Source: Octopus sinensis (taxonomy: Eukaryota). Taken from it: 64,000 bases of DNA. Location of the stretch: positions 79,050,001-79,114,000 of the forward strand of contig NC_042999.1 of the NCBI RefSeq assembly GCF_006345805.1, in the 5' to 3' direction. This document shows, in pieces, positions 27,675 through 41,224 of the stretch (positions are counted from its first letter, which is position 1; every line of letters begins with the position of its first letter). Position numbers and translations under genes: made by a program. The notes beneath the pieces were generated by a model. It saw only the letters and a list, made by a program, of their open reading frames with translations. It was not told the origin of the DNA and made no database searches.

Positions 27675-27928
27675 GAGCAGGCATGGTTGTGTGATAAGAA
27701 GCTTGCTCACCAACCACATGGTTCCGGGTTCAGTCCAACTGCGTGGCACCTTGGGCAAGTTTCATCTACTATAGCCTCGGGCCGACCAAAGCCTTGTGAT
27801 TAGATTTGGTAGCAGGAAACTGAAAGAAGCCCGCCGTATATATATGTATTAGGGAGTATAACTCCACACTTACAGGGAAAAATTCAGTTTAGTATTAAAT
27901 CAAATTTACAATATAAATATACATATAG

Positions 27929-27996
<68 letters not shown>

Positions 27997-28225
27997 TATA
28001 ATTAGTGAAAACACCTGTTAATTCAAACAATGATAGACGTAAAACACATCATATAGAAAAAATAACATATATGATAAAACATTTACGTAGATCACAATAA
28101 AGTACACAATAGTACAAAATATATTATTTCCTAGATGAATTCCAAAATAGCGGTTCTATCTTAGCTGTAAGTTCCATAACAAACGAAAATGAGATTTAAA
28201 TACACTCAATAAACTTTACTTATCA

Positions 28226-28272
<47 letters not shown>

Positions 28273-28557
28273 TAATAATAATAATAATATAATAATAATA
28301 ATAATATATAACAGCACATGGTCATGTGCTGTTATCTTGATATGAGGTCACCATGTCGCGCACATATGGTTGTGATGCATGTGCCTGGTGTACCCTTATC
28401 AGACGGGTAGTCATGATGGGTATATTGGGCTTCGTATATTTTACCCCAGTGTCACTTTGATGGCAAGAACACCTCTCTCACTCAATAATATAATAATAAT
28501 AATAATAATAATGATGATGATGATGATAATAATAATAATAATAATAATATAATGATG

Positions 28558-28617
<60 letters not shown>

Positions 28618-28852
28618 TAATAATAATAATAATAATAGGGGGTATAACTCCAAACATACAGGGAAAAATTCAAGTTAGCATTAAATCAAATTTACAATAT
28701 GAATATATATATATATATATATAAATTAGAAAAAAACCACTATTATGTAATTCAAACAATGATAGACGTAAAACACATCATATAGAAAAAAATTCATAGT
28801 TCCGTGTCAGCACCCCAGCATGGCCGCAGTCAAATTACTAGAGCAAGTAAAA
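27675..28852 (+). mobile_element. Family A SINE pieces (27675-27848 and 28811-28852) separated by nested insertions
   Basis: The 5' half ends GAAAGAAGCCCGCCGTATA; the 3' motif CCAGCATGGCCGCAGTCAAAT reappears near 28815. Confidence 0.7.
28312..28485 (-). mobile_element. Family E fragment within (TAA)n
   Basis: Reverse complement of the 22632 and 61405 starts. Confidence 0.8.
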
Positions 28853-28980
28853 TGATAGAAGACAAAGATATTTCATTGTTGAAATCATAAGAAAAGTATG
28901 AAATAAGAAAAACTTAACAGAGATAATAAAAACATATTCCTTCCTCTCTCTTTCTCCCTCTGTACGTATGCATATGAATG

Positions 28981-29014
<34 letters not shown>

Positions 29015-29290
29015 TGTATGTATGTATGTATGTATGTATGTATGTATGTATGTATGTATGTATGCATGCATGCATGTATGTATGTAATTTTGTATGTATG
29101 CATGTATATATATATATATGAATGTGTGTATCTATCTATCTATCTATCTATCTGTGTGTATATATATAAATATATGTAGATATAATTACACATGTATGTA
29201 TATGTATGTGTATATATAAATATGTGTATAGATATGTAATGTATGTATACACATATATCTATATATATATATATGAGTGTGTGGATATAT

Positions 29291-29367
<77 letters not shown>

Positions 29368-29667
29368 ACATATATACACACATAAATGTATACATGTATG
29401 AGTTTATACACGTATGTGCGTATTTGTATGTGAGCGCGTGTGTGTACGTGTGCATGCGCGTTTGTATGTGTGTGTGTGTGTGTGTGCATATGTGTATGTG
29501 TGTGTGGGGGGATATATGTGTATTTATATGGTCCACAACCTAAAACCAGCGTATTATATTTTATTGTCATGTCCGTTCGACTGTAATAAATCTGAAACAT
29601 GCAATTCTATCCATCCCGGACAAATATGTTACCGAGGGTAGTGTAAGGAAAATGAAGCAATATATAC

Positions 29668-29726
<59 letters not shown>

Positions 29727-31311
29727 TGTATGCTTGTGTGCGTATACGTATATGTATGTATGTATATATATATATATATATATACTATATATATGTTCAT
29801 ATAAATATATATTTTTATATTGATATTTATTTTACAGACAGTAATATATATGCGTGCAAACGTACTGGTTTATTGCGTAATATCTTACTATGATAAATAA
29901 GAATACACACTCATACATATATTGTAAAAGGAAGGCATTAAAATACATAGAAGTGCATATGAACACATGCTCTTTGTGTCTGTATATATGTACGTCTGCA
30001 CTGACGCATGTATGTATGTATAAATACGTATACACACATACATATATGTATATGTATATTTATAAACATGTGTGTGCATATATATATATATATATGCGTG
30101 TTTGAATATATATGCACATATAAGTATATATATATAAAAACTCATACATATATGCTATATGTTTTTATGAGGACCAGTAAGATGTTCCAATAACAATTTT
30201 ATGACTGTTTTATCTTCCCGCAAAACGCTGTTTTTAAATTATTTTAGCCTGTTTTATTTTGTATAACGTATTTTTCCTGTTTATTTGAGAATTGTCACCA
30301 GCACCATTCACCCACCCACACACAATATATGTGTGCGTTTGTGTATATGTGTGTGCTTGCGTATCTAATTGTATGTATATGCCATAATATAGTGATGCCC
30401 ACAGAAAGAATATGTTTAAGGGAAAGATTTTCGGCGTGGTTTTCTACCCTGGATCTCGAAAGAAATTTGTTACATTCTCCACACAATCTACAAGTATCTT
30501 TCTGTATTGTTCGGGTTTTCTTCTCCTTAATACGTAAACCATCTTATTCCTCAACACCTAACTTAGCATAAGCTATCGCTTCAAGTAACTTAATTTACAG
30601 CCAGATAATAATCAATGTTATTGTAGGAACAGCAGCTGTAGTTGCTATGCACCTAATAACTGCTCTCTTAACTCAAGGTACTTGTTTGGACAAGGAAATT
30701 CTATAGAATTTTCAGTTAGAAAACAGACCTCGACAAAAGCCAGTATTGGAATGACAACTAAAAGATTTAACTCTTTCAACCACCAACATAGTCATTCGTT
30801 TAGATGACAACCAGGAGGGAGGCAACTGAAAGACCCGAATGTATATTATGATTTTGAATGGAGTAACATTTCTCATGCACTTTGATATATGCACAAACAT
30901 TTCTGTAATTTCTGCTGTTCTGAAGCCCTAAAAATATTTGATAAAGAGCAATTGCTAGGGAAATATACCGAAGGAATTACATAACTTAAACATAAATTTT
31001 AAAATTACTTAAAGTTCAAACCAGTGCTATGTCCTGTTGTGGGGTGTGAAGCTTGTGATTTTCTGAATTAGGGTAGCACAGCTACTTCAAAACTCTTCTT
31101 TTCTACTTAGACATAATTAGTAATCATTCTTATTTTACTTTAGCCGTAAATTCTATGATGAATCTAAATTCCTACATGCAAATATTTTTTACATTCCTAG
31201 TCATTCCAATTAACTATTAAATTAGTCTAGTTAATTAGATAATTTATGTTGATTAATTATTTATTGCTTAATTAATGCATTAGTTACAATATAAAATGCT
31301 ATGAAGTTAAG

Positions 31312-31697
31312 ATGTTGCCTTATAACTATAATTTATTCCCATAATCCTTATATATAAATTTATTTAACTCTTACCCAGTTCTATTAGGTCGTTGCTCATT
31401 TTCATATACATAAATACCTGTATACATGTATACAAGCATACTAATATATATTGATTTATATAGAGTGAGATAAATGAATACACTTACAGTGTAACTATAT
31501 GTGGCTTTCATATATGTTTATTAATACCCAAATGATATACATCTCAGCCAAGCATACAACGTACATACTCTATATCAGTCTAATATAGAATATGTGGCGG
31601 TTTATGAAAGAGAGCAACGACCGAATGGAACTGGGTAAAAGTTAAATAAATTTATATGTAAAGCTTATAGGAATAAACTATAGTTATATGGCAGCAT
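31312..31697. mobile_element. Palindromic MITE/fold-back element, about 95-bp imperfect arms
   Basis: ATATAAATTTATTTAACTCTTACCCAGTTCTATTAGGTCGTTGCTC (about 31352-31397) versus GAGCAACGACCGAATGGAACTGGGTAAAAGTTAAATAAATTTATAT (about 31612-31657). Confidence 0.75.
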
Positions 31698-32342
31698 AAT
31701 TATGTTTGACTCTCTATATGGAGTTAACTATCGCATTTATATTTTTTATCAGAAACATTCAAGTTGTTGTTCAGGCTATAACATCTTAAAAGAGTAGCGT
31801 TTCTCCGATAAATACTATAAACTTACCTCATAACATCATCATAAAACTCTCAACAGCTACTGCGTTGTAACATTGCCTGGTCACATATTTCTTCCAGTCT
31901 GATCGAGAATCCAATATTGCAAATTGTGGTTATTAAACCCTTGTACATTGATATTTTAAAACCGATCATATATTTACCATATATTCTTCTACATGCATTC
32001 CCTAAAATGTTTGATAAACTGTACTAGTATCATCGTGATTGATTTCTGGCATCAAAAGAAAGTCACGTCGAAATAGTTTTCGTTTCAGTATTAAACTTAA
32101 TGCAGTTGTGTTAAAATCAACTTATGACCCCTTAAAGGCAAATGCTTCAGGAAAGAGTCGGTAATTGCACAAAAGTGATATTGGCACACCGCTGTAAATT
32201 AACATATTCAAGCTTAACGGAATACAACTTTAAGATCTACACGCAATATTCATAGTCTTTTAGACACTCGTGTGAAAGTAACAAAACGTCGAGTCAGGAG
32301 ATTGCAAGATCAAGTTCGAATTTGCCAAACAATATTCTAGAG

Positions 32343-32810
32343 CAAGGGTCGGCGAACCGGGGTAAATTACTCCAAGTAGGGTAAAAATGAAATTCTTGGG
32401 GTTAATGAAGATCATTAGACACATAGGTAAAATTATATAAAAAGACGTGTTCCTTGTCACGACAAATTTTTCTTCTGGCAAGACTACACCTGTCAAGTGT
32501 TTAGGAGACGTCACACCATTTTGAACTACAAACATTTTGGCTGTTAAGGCGTTGTCAACATCATTTCTCCAAAACCTGAAGTGAAAAAGGTTCTAGAAAA
32601 ATCCTTTTGTTTCATAATGAGTACACTAATTTATTTTATCGCATTTGTTTTATACTTCTTATATTTATAATTGTATTCTCCATATATATAGTCAATAAGC
32701 GTTTTGAATTCAAAGAATCTATGATTTTCTTTCTTTCAAATCTAGTGGGTAACGTCGGCGTAAATAAATATTTTTGGAGATAATTGGTTAAAAAAGTTCC
32801 ACGACTCCTG
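32343..32810. mobile_element. Non-autonomous hAT (Charlie-type) MITE
   Basis: Imperfect TIRs CAAGGGTCGGCGAAC / GTTCCACGACTCCTG; 8-bp TSD TTCTAGAG (32335-32342) and TTCTTGAG (32811-32818), matching the NTCTAGAN preference. Confidence 0.8.
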
Positions 32811-33337
32811 TTCTTGAGGATCTAGTGATGCTTGCGTATCGATGAAAGCCTTTTCATATTGACATTTCCTTTCAACTTGTCAGTAAAAGACCAATTCAAA
32901 ATAACATCACGGAATGTTAATACTACAGACCTTTATTCTATATACAGTCTAAAACAGATAGTAAATGTGGAAGTTCTTTGAAGTTCTTCGATCGTTTTTG
33001 AAAGATCCATAAAGTACTGTAAATCCCTATGAATATTTGAAGTTCTTGCATTTCTGTGTTAAAGCTAATTGCTTTGAACCGTATGTTACAGGAAAACTTT
33101 AAACTATTGGTTTCTCTTAATTATAATAAGAACTCCAATCTTGCATACAGTTTTACTTCGTTTTTACTTAAGTACTGATTACCTGTTCTCTAAAACTATC
33201 AATATAGATGTGTATTTTTATCTTACTTATTCTTGATTTCTACTTATCCTACTGTTACTTTATTCTCATATTTCCGTTTTTCCTGAACCCTCATACATAC
33301 ATACAAACATACATACATACATACATACATACATACA

Positions 33338-33371
<34 letters not shown>

Positions 33372-33436
33372 CACACATACATACACACGCATACATACAT
33401 ACAGATAGATAGACAGACAGACAGACTGACAAACAC

Positions 33437-33851
33437 AGATGCCTGGGACTGACAAGAAAAGTATTACCGTCACAGAAGTCAGCTGTCGTGCTGATACAAA
33501 TATGTCTTTGAAAATTATAATGATAACTATGGTCAACTTATTCGAGACCTCCAGTCTCTATATTCGGTTTACAAATTTACATTTATACCAATAATTACTG
33601 GAGCACTTGGTTTTGTAAGTAAATAACTAACTGTCAGACTTGGATTTTCAGAAAGAAAAATAAATCAACGAACTGACTCGCACATTACAAATACAGTCCG
33701 TAAGAGGAACAATAAAACTATACAAGAATTCTCTCAGGTCTAAAATGTGACACAATTTTCATTGTCTATATTCCAACGATAGAGCTATGTATCTTTGTTA
33801 GAAACCAGTTCTTTCTTCAAAGGAAAAATTTAAGTAATTATAAACAGAAAA
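33437..33851 (+). mobile_element. RLE-type LINE 3' fragment within (TACA)n
   Basis: ITVTEVSCRADTNM, YGQLIRDLQSLY, FTFIPIITGALGFV, LQIQSVRGTIK; homologous to 60225-60782. Confidence 0.8.
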
Positions 33852-34151
33852 CATACATACATAATACATACATGCATACATACATACATGCATACATACA
33901 TACATACATAAATACATACATACATACATAATGCATGCATATATACATACATACATACATACATACATGCATACATACATGCATACATGCATACATACAT
34001 ACATACATACATGCATACATACATACATACATGCATACATACATACATGCATACATACATACATGCATACATACATACATGCATGCATGCATACATATAT
34101 ACATACATACATACATACATACATGCATGCATACATACATACATACATACA

Positions 34152-34397
34152 GAATGAGAATCAGAAGGTGATGAGTAGAGCTGGCATGGGAAGTTTGCAG
34201 AACATGGTAACTAAGTGGCGAATATGGTTTACTGGCCATGCATTTTGATTACTGAAGAAGGGACATGTTGGCATCGTGAGGGACTGGTCGATGGTAAGAT
34301 GAAAAAAATCGAAAGGAAAGCCAAGGGAGCCATGATGGCGATGGGGGTTGGCCCAAGTGGAACCAGGAGAAAGGCGTGTAATCGGGATGTTTGGGAA
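34152..34397 (+). mobile_element. Old RTE-like LINE C-terminal fragment
   Basis: NQKVMSRAGMGSLQNMVTKWRIWFTGH, KGKPR and ACNRDVW resemble the RTE ORF C-terminus; internal stops. Confidence 0.65.
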
Positions 34398-34494
34398 AGT
34401 TATATGTGTATGTAAGTACCTATGTATGCATATCCATACACACATGCACACATATATGTATATACGTATATACATATATATATCTGTGTATATG

Positions 34495-34536
<42 letters not shown>

Positions 34537-34998
34537 CGTGTGGGTGTGTATTTATATATATATATTAATAAAACAAAGTTATTTCATTCCACACGTGTAG
34601 AAATATAGGAAAAATAGAAGCTGAAAATGCACTGAGAACAGTTAAGATATTTTTTATTAATATATTTAAAGCTTTAAATATGTATACACACACACACACA
34701 CATACACACACACACACACACACACGCAAACACACACACATATATGTATATTGAGAGAAAGACAGAGAGTGTGAGAAAGGTGAGAGTGAGTGAGAGAGAT
34801 GTAAATAAATACATAGATATACATATATATATCTATCTCTCCTTCATAATTCCTCCTTCTCCCCTCCTCTTGTTGTTGTTCTTCTTTTTCTGCCAAACTC
34901 AGAATATTGACTGTATACAATCTCAGTTATAATAATGTTACTATATACATATATTTGTATTGGTATGTGTGCACGTGCGTGAGGTTTAATTGAGGCAT

Positions 34999-35042
<44 letters not shown>

Positions 35043-35845
35043 TCACGCACACACGTATGGAGGGAAGGAGTTAGAAAAGAAAGAGATGAAAAAGAGAGAG
35101 TGAGAAATACACATACACACACACGCACACACACACACACAGGTAGACAGACAAGAAAAGCCAGATAGAGAGACAGAGAGCCAGGGAGAGAGAGAACACA
35201 TCAGAGAGAAGGAGAGAGAGGAGCGATAATAAATCTAGAATGAGTATTACTAAAAAAACAGGCAGACAGGCAAACAGCCAAACATCTGTGGGTCTCTCAC
35301 ATTCTCACAAGAAAATTCAATTTGTTATACATGGAAACTGCAAACAGAAATGGTGCAGGCTTTGCTTAATAAATTTTCTTATTATTTCTTCGAATTCTTT
35401 GCCTAATCTGCATGAAAGAGATCTTCTCTGCTAAATCTGAAATGCCAGGACCCAGCTGGTGCTTTTCATAAAAGCGGTAAATTTTGAAATTATCCATTGA
35501 TACTGTTGAGAATTATGATTGAATTCTAGGAAAACATTACGCCACCATAAGATTCGAGATATTCCCGCTTGTTTCTGTGTGCACACAAATAAACACACAT
35601 ACGCACGCCCGCACATAGAAATACACGTATATGCACTCTCAGACATATTTACATAATACACGTATACGTATACTCACAGACAAATATATCTACAGTGATA
35701 TCTACTCCAGTACTCAAAACCGTATTTGCTCATATATAAAACACGTGTATGTTTAAACCGACACAAAACAGCTACCTATACACACACTCCTATGTGTGTG
35801 TGTGAATGTGTCTGTGTATGCAGGTGTATATGAACATTATAATAT

Positions 35846-35909
<64 letters not shown>

Positions 35910-37233
35910 TGTAAGTGTACATGTGGGGAATAGGTTTTAACTACATTAATATATCGTCGAAAGCACGAAGAATCTCCAGCTTTGACTTATATTATGAATT
36001 TCTTGAATTTTCTTAACAATGCATTGTTTCGGTTCGAACAATATATTTGTGAAGTTCACTGGGTGAAATATTCTCAGAAAAAAAAATTATTAAAAGCAGA
36101 AGAAAAAACAGAGATTTATCGAAATATTTACTGCTATAAATACCACGTAAAAGCCCTGTTAAATAATTGTTTATATTTACAAAATTGTCCGAAGATTCTA
36201 TGAGAATATTTTGTATGTTCTAATATTCTATATGAATACTTTCTAAGTTAAACACACGAAGAACATAAGATGGTGAAACAACTAAAGAATTTTGAATTAT
36301 ATTCCAAGAATATGCGACCAATGCATGTTTTCTTAGAAAGTTTAGAAGCTGGTCAAGGAATTCTTTTTTCCAATGTACATATGAGGCTACTAACTAAATA
36401 TGAAGTGACCAATATGACTTAGAATTCCAATCTCAATGTCACCTTCGTATTTCTAGTCGTTACATTCAACATACGAGTAACACACTTCTTAACGGCTGAT
36501 CTTGCATTTACAAGTTGAAGAGAAAGATATTTGTTGATAACACAACTATCTTATATGTAATTAAAAAAAACACCAGATGGTTAGTCGCAAAAGCTACATT
36601 ATTAGCAGCAAATACAAAGAAACTTGAAACTCGACACACAATGCGCATTTTCCCAATAAACTAAAGCTATAAAACTTACATACATATACTTCATCAGTGA
36701 ATTGAATTAGATATCAACAAGCAGTGGCGGTAATAAGAAACATGAAATATACATGCAATTGTTTCTATGATGTTTGCCAAAATGATGAAACGCTAAAAGT
36801 GGCATTAACAAGGGCTATTAAAATCATTTCTCTTGCAAAGAAAACGAAAATAATCCTGAAATGTCGATGGACTGAAAAATATATTACTTTGAAGAAAACA
36901 TAAAGGAGAATCCTTGACTACCTGTGGTTGTTTTATTTAAAAAAAAATTTTGCAGTTTGGTTTGAAATATTCTTGAACTGATCTCGATGTTATATTTTGT
37001 TCTATCCCGAGAAGATTATTATACCAATAATAATCAGGACATTGATGAGATTGATCGCAAATAACGATACATTATTTTGACAAATCTAGTTGGTTGATTG
37101 GTTGACCAAAAGATTAATTAAACAATTGATTAGTGAATTGATTAAATGATTAGATAACAACAACAATAGTAGTAGTAGTAGTAGTAGTTAGTAGTAGTAG
37201 TAGTAGTGGTAGTAGTAGTAATTATAATAATAA

Positions 37234-37742
37234 TGGACTTGACAGAGCAAAAAATTGGTACGATCATAAACCTGAGGGCATTGTCAAAAATAGAAATGCA
37301 AAAGTCCTACTGGGTTTTATGATTCAGTGTGATCAGAATAGGAAGCCGGACATTGTCTTAATTGAGAAAGAAAACAAACTATGCTGGATCATAGACATAG
37401 CATGCCCAGCTAACGACAAGGTATGCGATAAGGAGGAAAGAAAAGTCGAGAGATATGACAGGTTAGCTTGGGAAGTTAAGCAGTTGTAGTCGAGGAAAAA
37501 GGTAGCAGTAGTACCAATAATTGTCGGAGCCCTGGGAACAGTGAGCACAAATCTCGAGAAGTACGTAGAACAAATAGGGGCTGCAATAAGGGTGGTGCAC
37601 TTGCAGAAAACAGCACTGCTTGGAGCCGCTCGAATACTCCGGAAGGTGCTCGAAAAATAAGAGGTGTTACATTAGTTCACTGGTAGTGAACAGCTGACAC
37701 CATAGTACATCTCCAGCGTTAGAAACTCTGCAAAGGCAATAG
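37234..37742 (+). mobile_element. R4/Dong-like LINE 3' fragment (subfamily 1) in (TAG/TAA)n
   Basis: WYDHKPEGIV, RKPDIVLIEKENKLCWIIDIACP, VVPIIVGALG, LQKTALLGAARILRKVLEK-stop; one internal stop. Confidence 0.9.
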
Positions 37743-37785
37743 TGATAAGAATAATAATAATGATAATAATAATAATAATAATAAT

Positions 37786-38547
37786 GAGGAGAAACCTCTG
37801 CACGGCAAATATGTGGCCCGCAGCAAACAAGCTGATGTTGACCAGAAGCAAACCCATCAGTGGCTACGGAGCTCAGGGCTAAAAGCAGAGAGCGAAGGTT
37901 TCATCCTGGCTGCTCAAGATCAAAGCCTATTAACCCGGAACTACCAGGCCAATGTGATGAAAAGTGGAGCAGACCCAAAATGCCGATTCTGCAACGACAT
38001 GATTGAAACAGTGGACCACCTAATCTCAGGATGTAAAGTCTTAGCACCAGTGGAGTATAAATTAAGACATGACAGAGTTGGCCAATGTCTACACTGGCTA
38101 ATAAGTCGGCATTACAATATCAAAACTGCCGACAAGTGGTATAATCACCACCCTGAGGCAGTAACTGGAGGAGAAAATGTAACCATTCTGTTGGACTTTC
38201 CAGTACATACAGACCGAACCATCAAGGCCAATAAACCAGATATTGTTGTGAAAGACCAAAACAATAAAGTTTGCTTATTGATCGACATGAGCATCCCCTG
38301 TGATCATAATATCTCAGCGAAAGAGTTTGACAAGCTCAGAAAATATAAAGACCTACTCATTGAAATTGAGAAAATGTGGCATCTCAAGGCGGTTACAATA
38401 CCAGTGATCGTAGGAGCACTAGGAATGATCAAGAAGGGAACCGAAAATTATATGAGAATGATCCCTGGCTTACCATCCCTGCAAGAAGTGCAAAAGATTG
38501 TCTTAACTGGTACATCACACGTATTGAAAAGAGCATTGTCGATGTGA
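37786..38547 (+). CDS. Truncated LINE ORF: CCHC zinc knuckle plus restriction-like endonuclease (no RT, no true start)
   Basis: CRFCNDMIETVDHLISGC, RHD, KPDIVVKD..IDMSIP, K..KY, PVIVGALG. Confidence 0.85.
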   Translation, partial: EEKPLHGKYVARSKQADVDQKQTHQWLRSSGLKAESEGFILAAQDQSLLTRNYQANVMKSGADPKCRFCNDMIETVDHLISGCKVLAPVEYKLRHDRVGQCLHWLISRHYNIKTADKWYNHHPEAVTGGENVTILLDFPVHTDRTIKANKPDIVVKDQNNKVCLLIDMSIPCDHNISAKEFDKLRKYKDLLIEIEKMWHLKAVTIPVIVGALGMIKKGTENYMRMIPGLPSLQEVQKIVLTGTSHVLKRALSM

Positions 38548-38716
38548 GAATTATTACTACTCATGTATTTTAATTTAACTTTAAAAAAAAAAAAATGAAC
38601 GAACTATTGAGTTTAGTTTAATGGCCTACCAATGTATACTATGAGTTTCTTTGCCCTAGGAGTCGGGAAGACACTCGGCAAGAAATGGAAGCAAATTTGA
38701 AAGAAGAAAAAAAAAG
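37786..38716 (+). mobile_element. 5'-truncated R4/Dong-like LINE, copy 1 (subfamily 2)
   Basis: Open frame from EEKPLHGKY to the stop at 38547, then a 3' UTR; (TAA)n on both sides. Confidence 0.93.
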
Positions 38717-38748
38717 TAATAATAATATAATAATATAATAATAATAAT

Positions 38749-39676
38749 GAGGAGAAACCTCTGCACGGCAATATGTGGCCGCAGCAAACAAGCTGATGTT
38801 GACCAGAAGCAAACCCATCAGTGGCTACGGAGCTCAGGGCTAAAAGCAGAGAGCGAAGGTTTCATCCTGGCTGCTCAAGATCAAAGCCTATTAACCCGGA
38901 ACTACCAGGCCAATGTGATGAAAAGTGGAGCAGACCCAAAATGCCGATTCTGCAACGACATGATTGAAACAGTGGACCACCTAATCTCAGGATGTAAAGT
39001 CTTAGCACCAGTGGAGTATAAATTAAGACATGACAGAGTTGGCCAATGTCTACACTGGCTAATAAGTCGGCATTACAATATCAAAACTGCCGACAAGTGG
39101 TATAATCACCACCCTGAGGCAGTAACTGGAGGAGAAAATGTAACCATTCTGTTGGACTTTCCAGTACATACAGACCGAACCATCAAGGCCAATAAACCAG
39201 ATATTGTTGTGAAAGACCAAAACAATAAAGTTTGCTTATTGATCGACATGAGCATCCCCTGTGATCATAATATCTCAGCGAAAGAGTTTGACAAGCTCAG
39301 AAAATATAAAGACCTACTCATTGAAATTGAGAAAATGTGGCATCTCAAGGCGGTTACAATACCAGTGATCGTAGGAGCACTAGGAATGATCAAGAAGGGA
39401 ACCGAAAATTATATGAGAATGATCCCTGGCTTACCATCCCTGCAAGAAGTGCAAAAGATTGTCTTAACTGGTACATCACACGTATTGAAAAGAGCATTGT
39501 CGATGTGAGAATTATTACTACTCATGTATTTTAATTTAACTTTAAAAAAAAAAAAATGAACGAACTATTGAGTTTAGTTTAATGGCCTACCAATGTATAC
39601 TATGAGTTTCTTTGCCCTAGGAGTCGGGAAGACACTCGGCAAGAAATGGAAGCAAATTTGAAAGAAGAAAAAAAAA

Positions 39677-39677
<1 letters not shown>
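38749..39677 (+). mobile_element. 5'-truncated R4/Dong-like LINE, copy 2 (tandem duplicate)
   Basis: Appears identical to copy 1 except two single-base homopolymer deletions near 38770-38780; same truncation point. Confidence 0.93.
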
Positions 39678-39709
<32 letters not shown>

Positions 39710-39746
39710 GTAATAATAATTCTTATTATTATAATTCTTCTTCTTC

Positions 39747-39816
<70 letters not shown>

Positions 39817-39818
39817 GT

Positions 39819-40092
39819 AGTTCAGATACCAGGAACCCCCAAAATGGCAGAAATTCATAAGATAGTGTGCATGGGAACTGTCCATATCCTACGTAAAATA
39901 CTGTCTATGTAATCTCAAATTTATAACAAACTCATAACTTTCTTGTTTTCTTAAAAATTCTCTAGAACAATACTATGTGCAAAACCAAATATATCACACC
40001 CTAGGCATAACACCACCATGAAGTTCTAACTTGCCTCTTTAGATCTCTGAAGTCAACTTGTACAAATACAAAGCAAAAGTCAAACACGTGAT
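39819..40092 (+). mobile_element. R4/Dong-like LINE extreme 3' fragment (subfamily 3)
   Basis: QIPGTPKMAEIHKIVCMGTVHILRKILSM-stop parallels MIPGLPSLQEVQKIVLTGTSHVLKRALSM-stop. Confidence 0.8.
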
Positions 40093-40146
40093 AATGATAA
40101 TGATCCTGCCTTAATAGGAATTCTTTTAACTCAGTGTATCAAATAC

Positions 40147-40500
40147 AAACGAATAATTGCCTGTGTAACTGTAAAAACAAAATTGTCTGCCCTTTAATAA
40201 ATCGGTGTTTAAGGAAAAATATTGCATAAGTCCATATGCTACAATTTGGAAATGATTCTTATTCATATAATCAACGAAGAAAACTTAATTGTATTAATCT
40301 TAGTAAAAGCATTTGGAATTTAAAAGATAGAAATATTAGCTATGATTTAAATTGGTCCATTATTAATTATGTTCCATCGTACAATATGGGAAATTCTACA
40401 TGTGTTTTTCCCCTGAAGAAATGTATTATATAATTCTAAATTAATTTTATTAAATTTTAACGGGAGTTTCACAATGAAATTTTGCCACAAATTTCGAAAG
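40147..40500 (+). pseudogene. Decayed Penelope-like element, GIY-YIG endonuclease region
   Basis: CNCKNKIVCPLINRCLRKNI ... NLSKSIWNLKDRNISYDLNWSII...YNMGNSTC matches the Cys-rich linker and LSKxIWxLK..W motifs of PLE endonucleases; the central GIY/YIG part appears deleted. Confidence 0.75.
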
Positions 40501-40684
40501 GCATTTAAATATTTCAATCCTGAATTAAAATTGCTTTTTCTATATTATATAATAAGCATAAGTTTTCTAAAAGAGTTTACTATATTTGATAAGTAGATAA
40601 CTAATTGTTGTGACGTAAAATATCTAAGTTTCTAATTGTCGTAACGTAGAATTCTTATGTTAATTTAAATGTTTTTGTTATTCA

Positions 40685-40835
40685 CTGACGTCACCAAGAG
40701 TTGACTGCCAAAACAGATTTTTTTATATTATATTTCTTCTTAGCGTTCTTTATGTACGCGTTCAATGTACTGGAAATAGTTCCTTATTTCACCTTGAATT
40801 TAACTAATTTTGGATCGCCTTGGAAACGTTGCGTT
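40685..40835 (+). ncRNA. Degenerate hammerhead in the putative Penelope pLTR
   Basis: CTGACGt-ca-cCAAG...CTTG-GAAAC-GTTGC-GTT; mutated core and a long stem II insert. Confidence 0.35.
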
Positions 40836-41041
40836 AATATGAATTTTCTGAAATATAAATTTCAATCACACTTTTTTTATATCTAAATAATTTAACCCAA
40901 AGAAATAAAGTGAATTCTACAATTGTGAGGTGAATTCTACAATTAAAGATATGATGTTCTCTATACATAATTTTGTTGTCACATATACAGGGTGCTGCGA
41001 ATAAATTGTCGTCTAATTTACGCAAAATATTTTGATTGCTC

Positions 41042-41102
41042 GATAACTGAAGAGATGCCAGTGCAAGTTTCCGCCCCGACATCCGAAACTCGGAGTTTTA
41101 TT
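41042..41102 (+). ncRNA. Type I hammerhead ribozyme motif
   Basis: gataa-CTGAAGA-GATG...CATC-c-GAAA-CTCGGAG-TT-ttatt. Stem I 5 bp, stem II 4 bp, GUU triplet. Confidence 0.65.
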
Positions 41103-41146
41103 ATGGCAACCGAATAATTGTCGCATATTATATTACAGATAAATTC

Positions 41147-41224
<78 letters not shown>

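Noticed and set aside
36640-36700. Minus-strand CTGATGA...GAAAATGCGCATT
   Set aside because: No stem II and no valid NUH triplet.
38747-39508. 253-aa ORF as a complete gene with an ATG
   Set aside because: The ATG arises from the TAA-repeat junction and the N-terminus from two 1-nt deletions; it is a truncated LINE.
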